Below the pieces are notes generated by a model. That model did no database searches. It saw nothing but the letters and a program-made list of their open reading frames with translations, and was not told where the DNA came from. The translations under genes were made by a program, and so were the position numbers. Below are positions 63,641 to 64,000 of a stretch of 64,000 nt of DNA, one piece after another. The stretch's first letter is position 1, and the number at the start of each line of letters is the position of its first letter. The stretch is from Hypanus sabinus (taxonomy: Eukaryota): NCBI RefSeq assembly GCF_030144855.1, contig NC_082719.1, positions 67,208,001 through 67,272,000 on the forward strand, in the 5' to 3' direction.

Positions 63641-64000
63641 CTGAAAACAGTGGAAGACTAATCTGGCTAATATATTAGAAAAACATTTTTCATAATTTTG
63701 AATTTTGGAAGTTTTATCTGAGGAAATTATAATCAATACTTCAGTCAACAAACTTTCCAAATTTTATCTGGCTTTTCAAATTTTGAGAATAGATTGAAAA
63801 TACCTGAAATTTACATTTGAAGCAGAAGCAAGCAGGATTTACTGCGAAGGAGCAGAGACAGTAGCCTCTAGATTTCTACATTTAACTGTGCCTGTGCATA
63901 TTTGAGGAGTGGCTATCAGGTTCCATGCTCAATAAAGCTTCACGTTGAATACCTGACTGTTATTTCTCACTGTAGTCTCTGGCCATGAGGTTTACTTCAG

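Noticed and set aside
1-64000. CRISPR arrays, operons, rRNA/tRNA genes or prokaryotic systems
   Set aside because: The sequence is vertebrate and TE-rich; there are no regularly spaced repeats, and the tRNA-like segments are SINE heads.

Overview
Repeat-dense vertebrate genomic DNA with three N-gaps. The repeat repertoire points to a cartilaginous fish, probably a ray (inference): CR1 LINEs, Rex1/Babar-type LINEs, Penelope-like GIY-YIG elements, tRNA-derived SINEs, solo LTRs and a Tc1-like element. No intact protein-coding gene is visible, and most ORF-track entries are TE fragments or noise. The main non-repeat signal is a chain of AG/GT-bounded exon remnants on the minus strand, from about 62.8 kb down to 24.5 kb and possibly from 64 kb to 3 kb. 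Translated in order they follow the REJ -> GAIN -> GPS layout of polycystin-1-family (PKD1/PKDREJ-like) ectodomains. Several exons carry in-frame stops or frameshifts, so the locus looks like a multi-exon unitary pseudogene; the family call rests on motif similarity judged by eye, not a database search. Downstream of the GPS I cannot find the expected TM1/PLAT exons, and the candidate exons there look weakly SEA-like. The Penelope-like termini carry minimal hammerhead-ribozyme motifs in about 10 copies, one of them in a fold-back palindrome. Several nested insertions have clean target-site duplications (TSDs).
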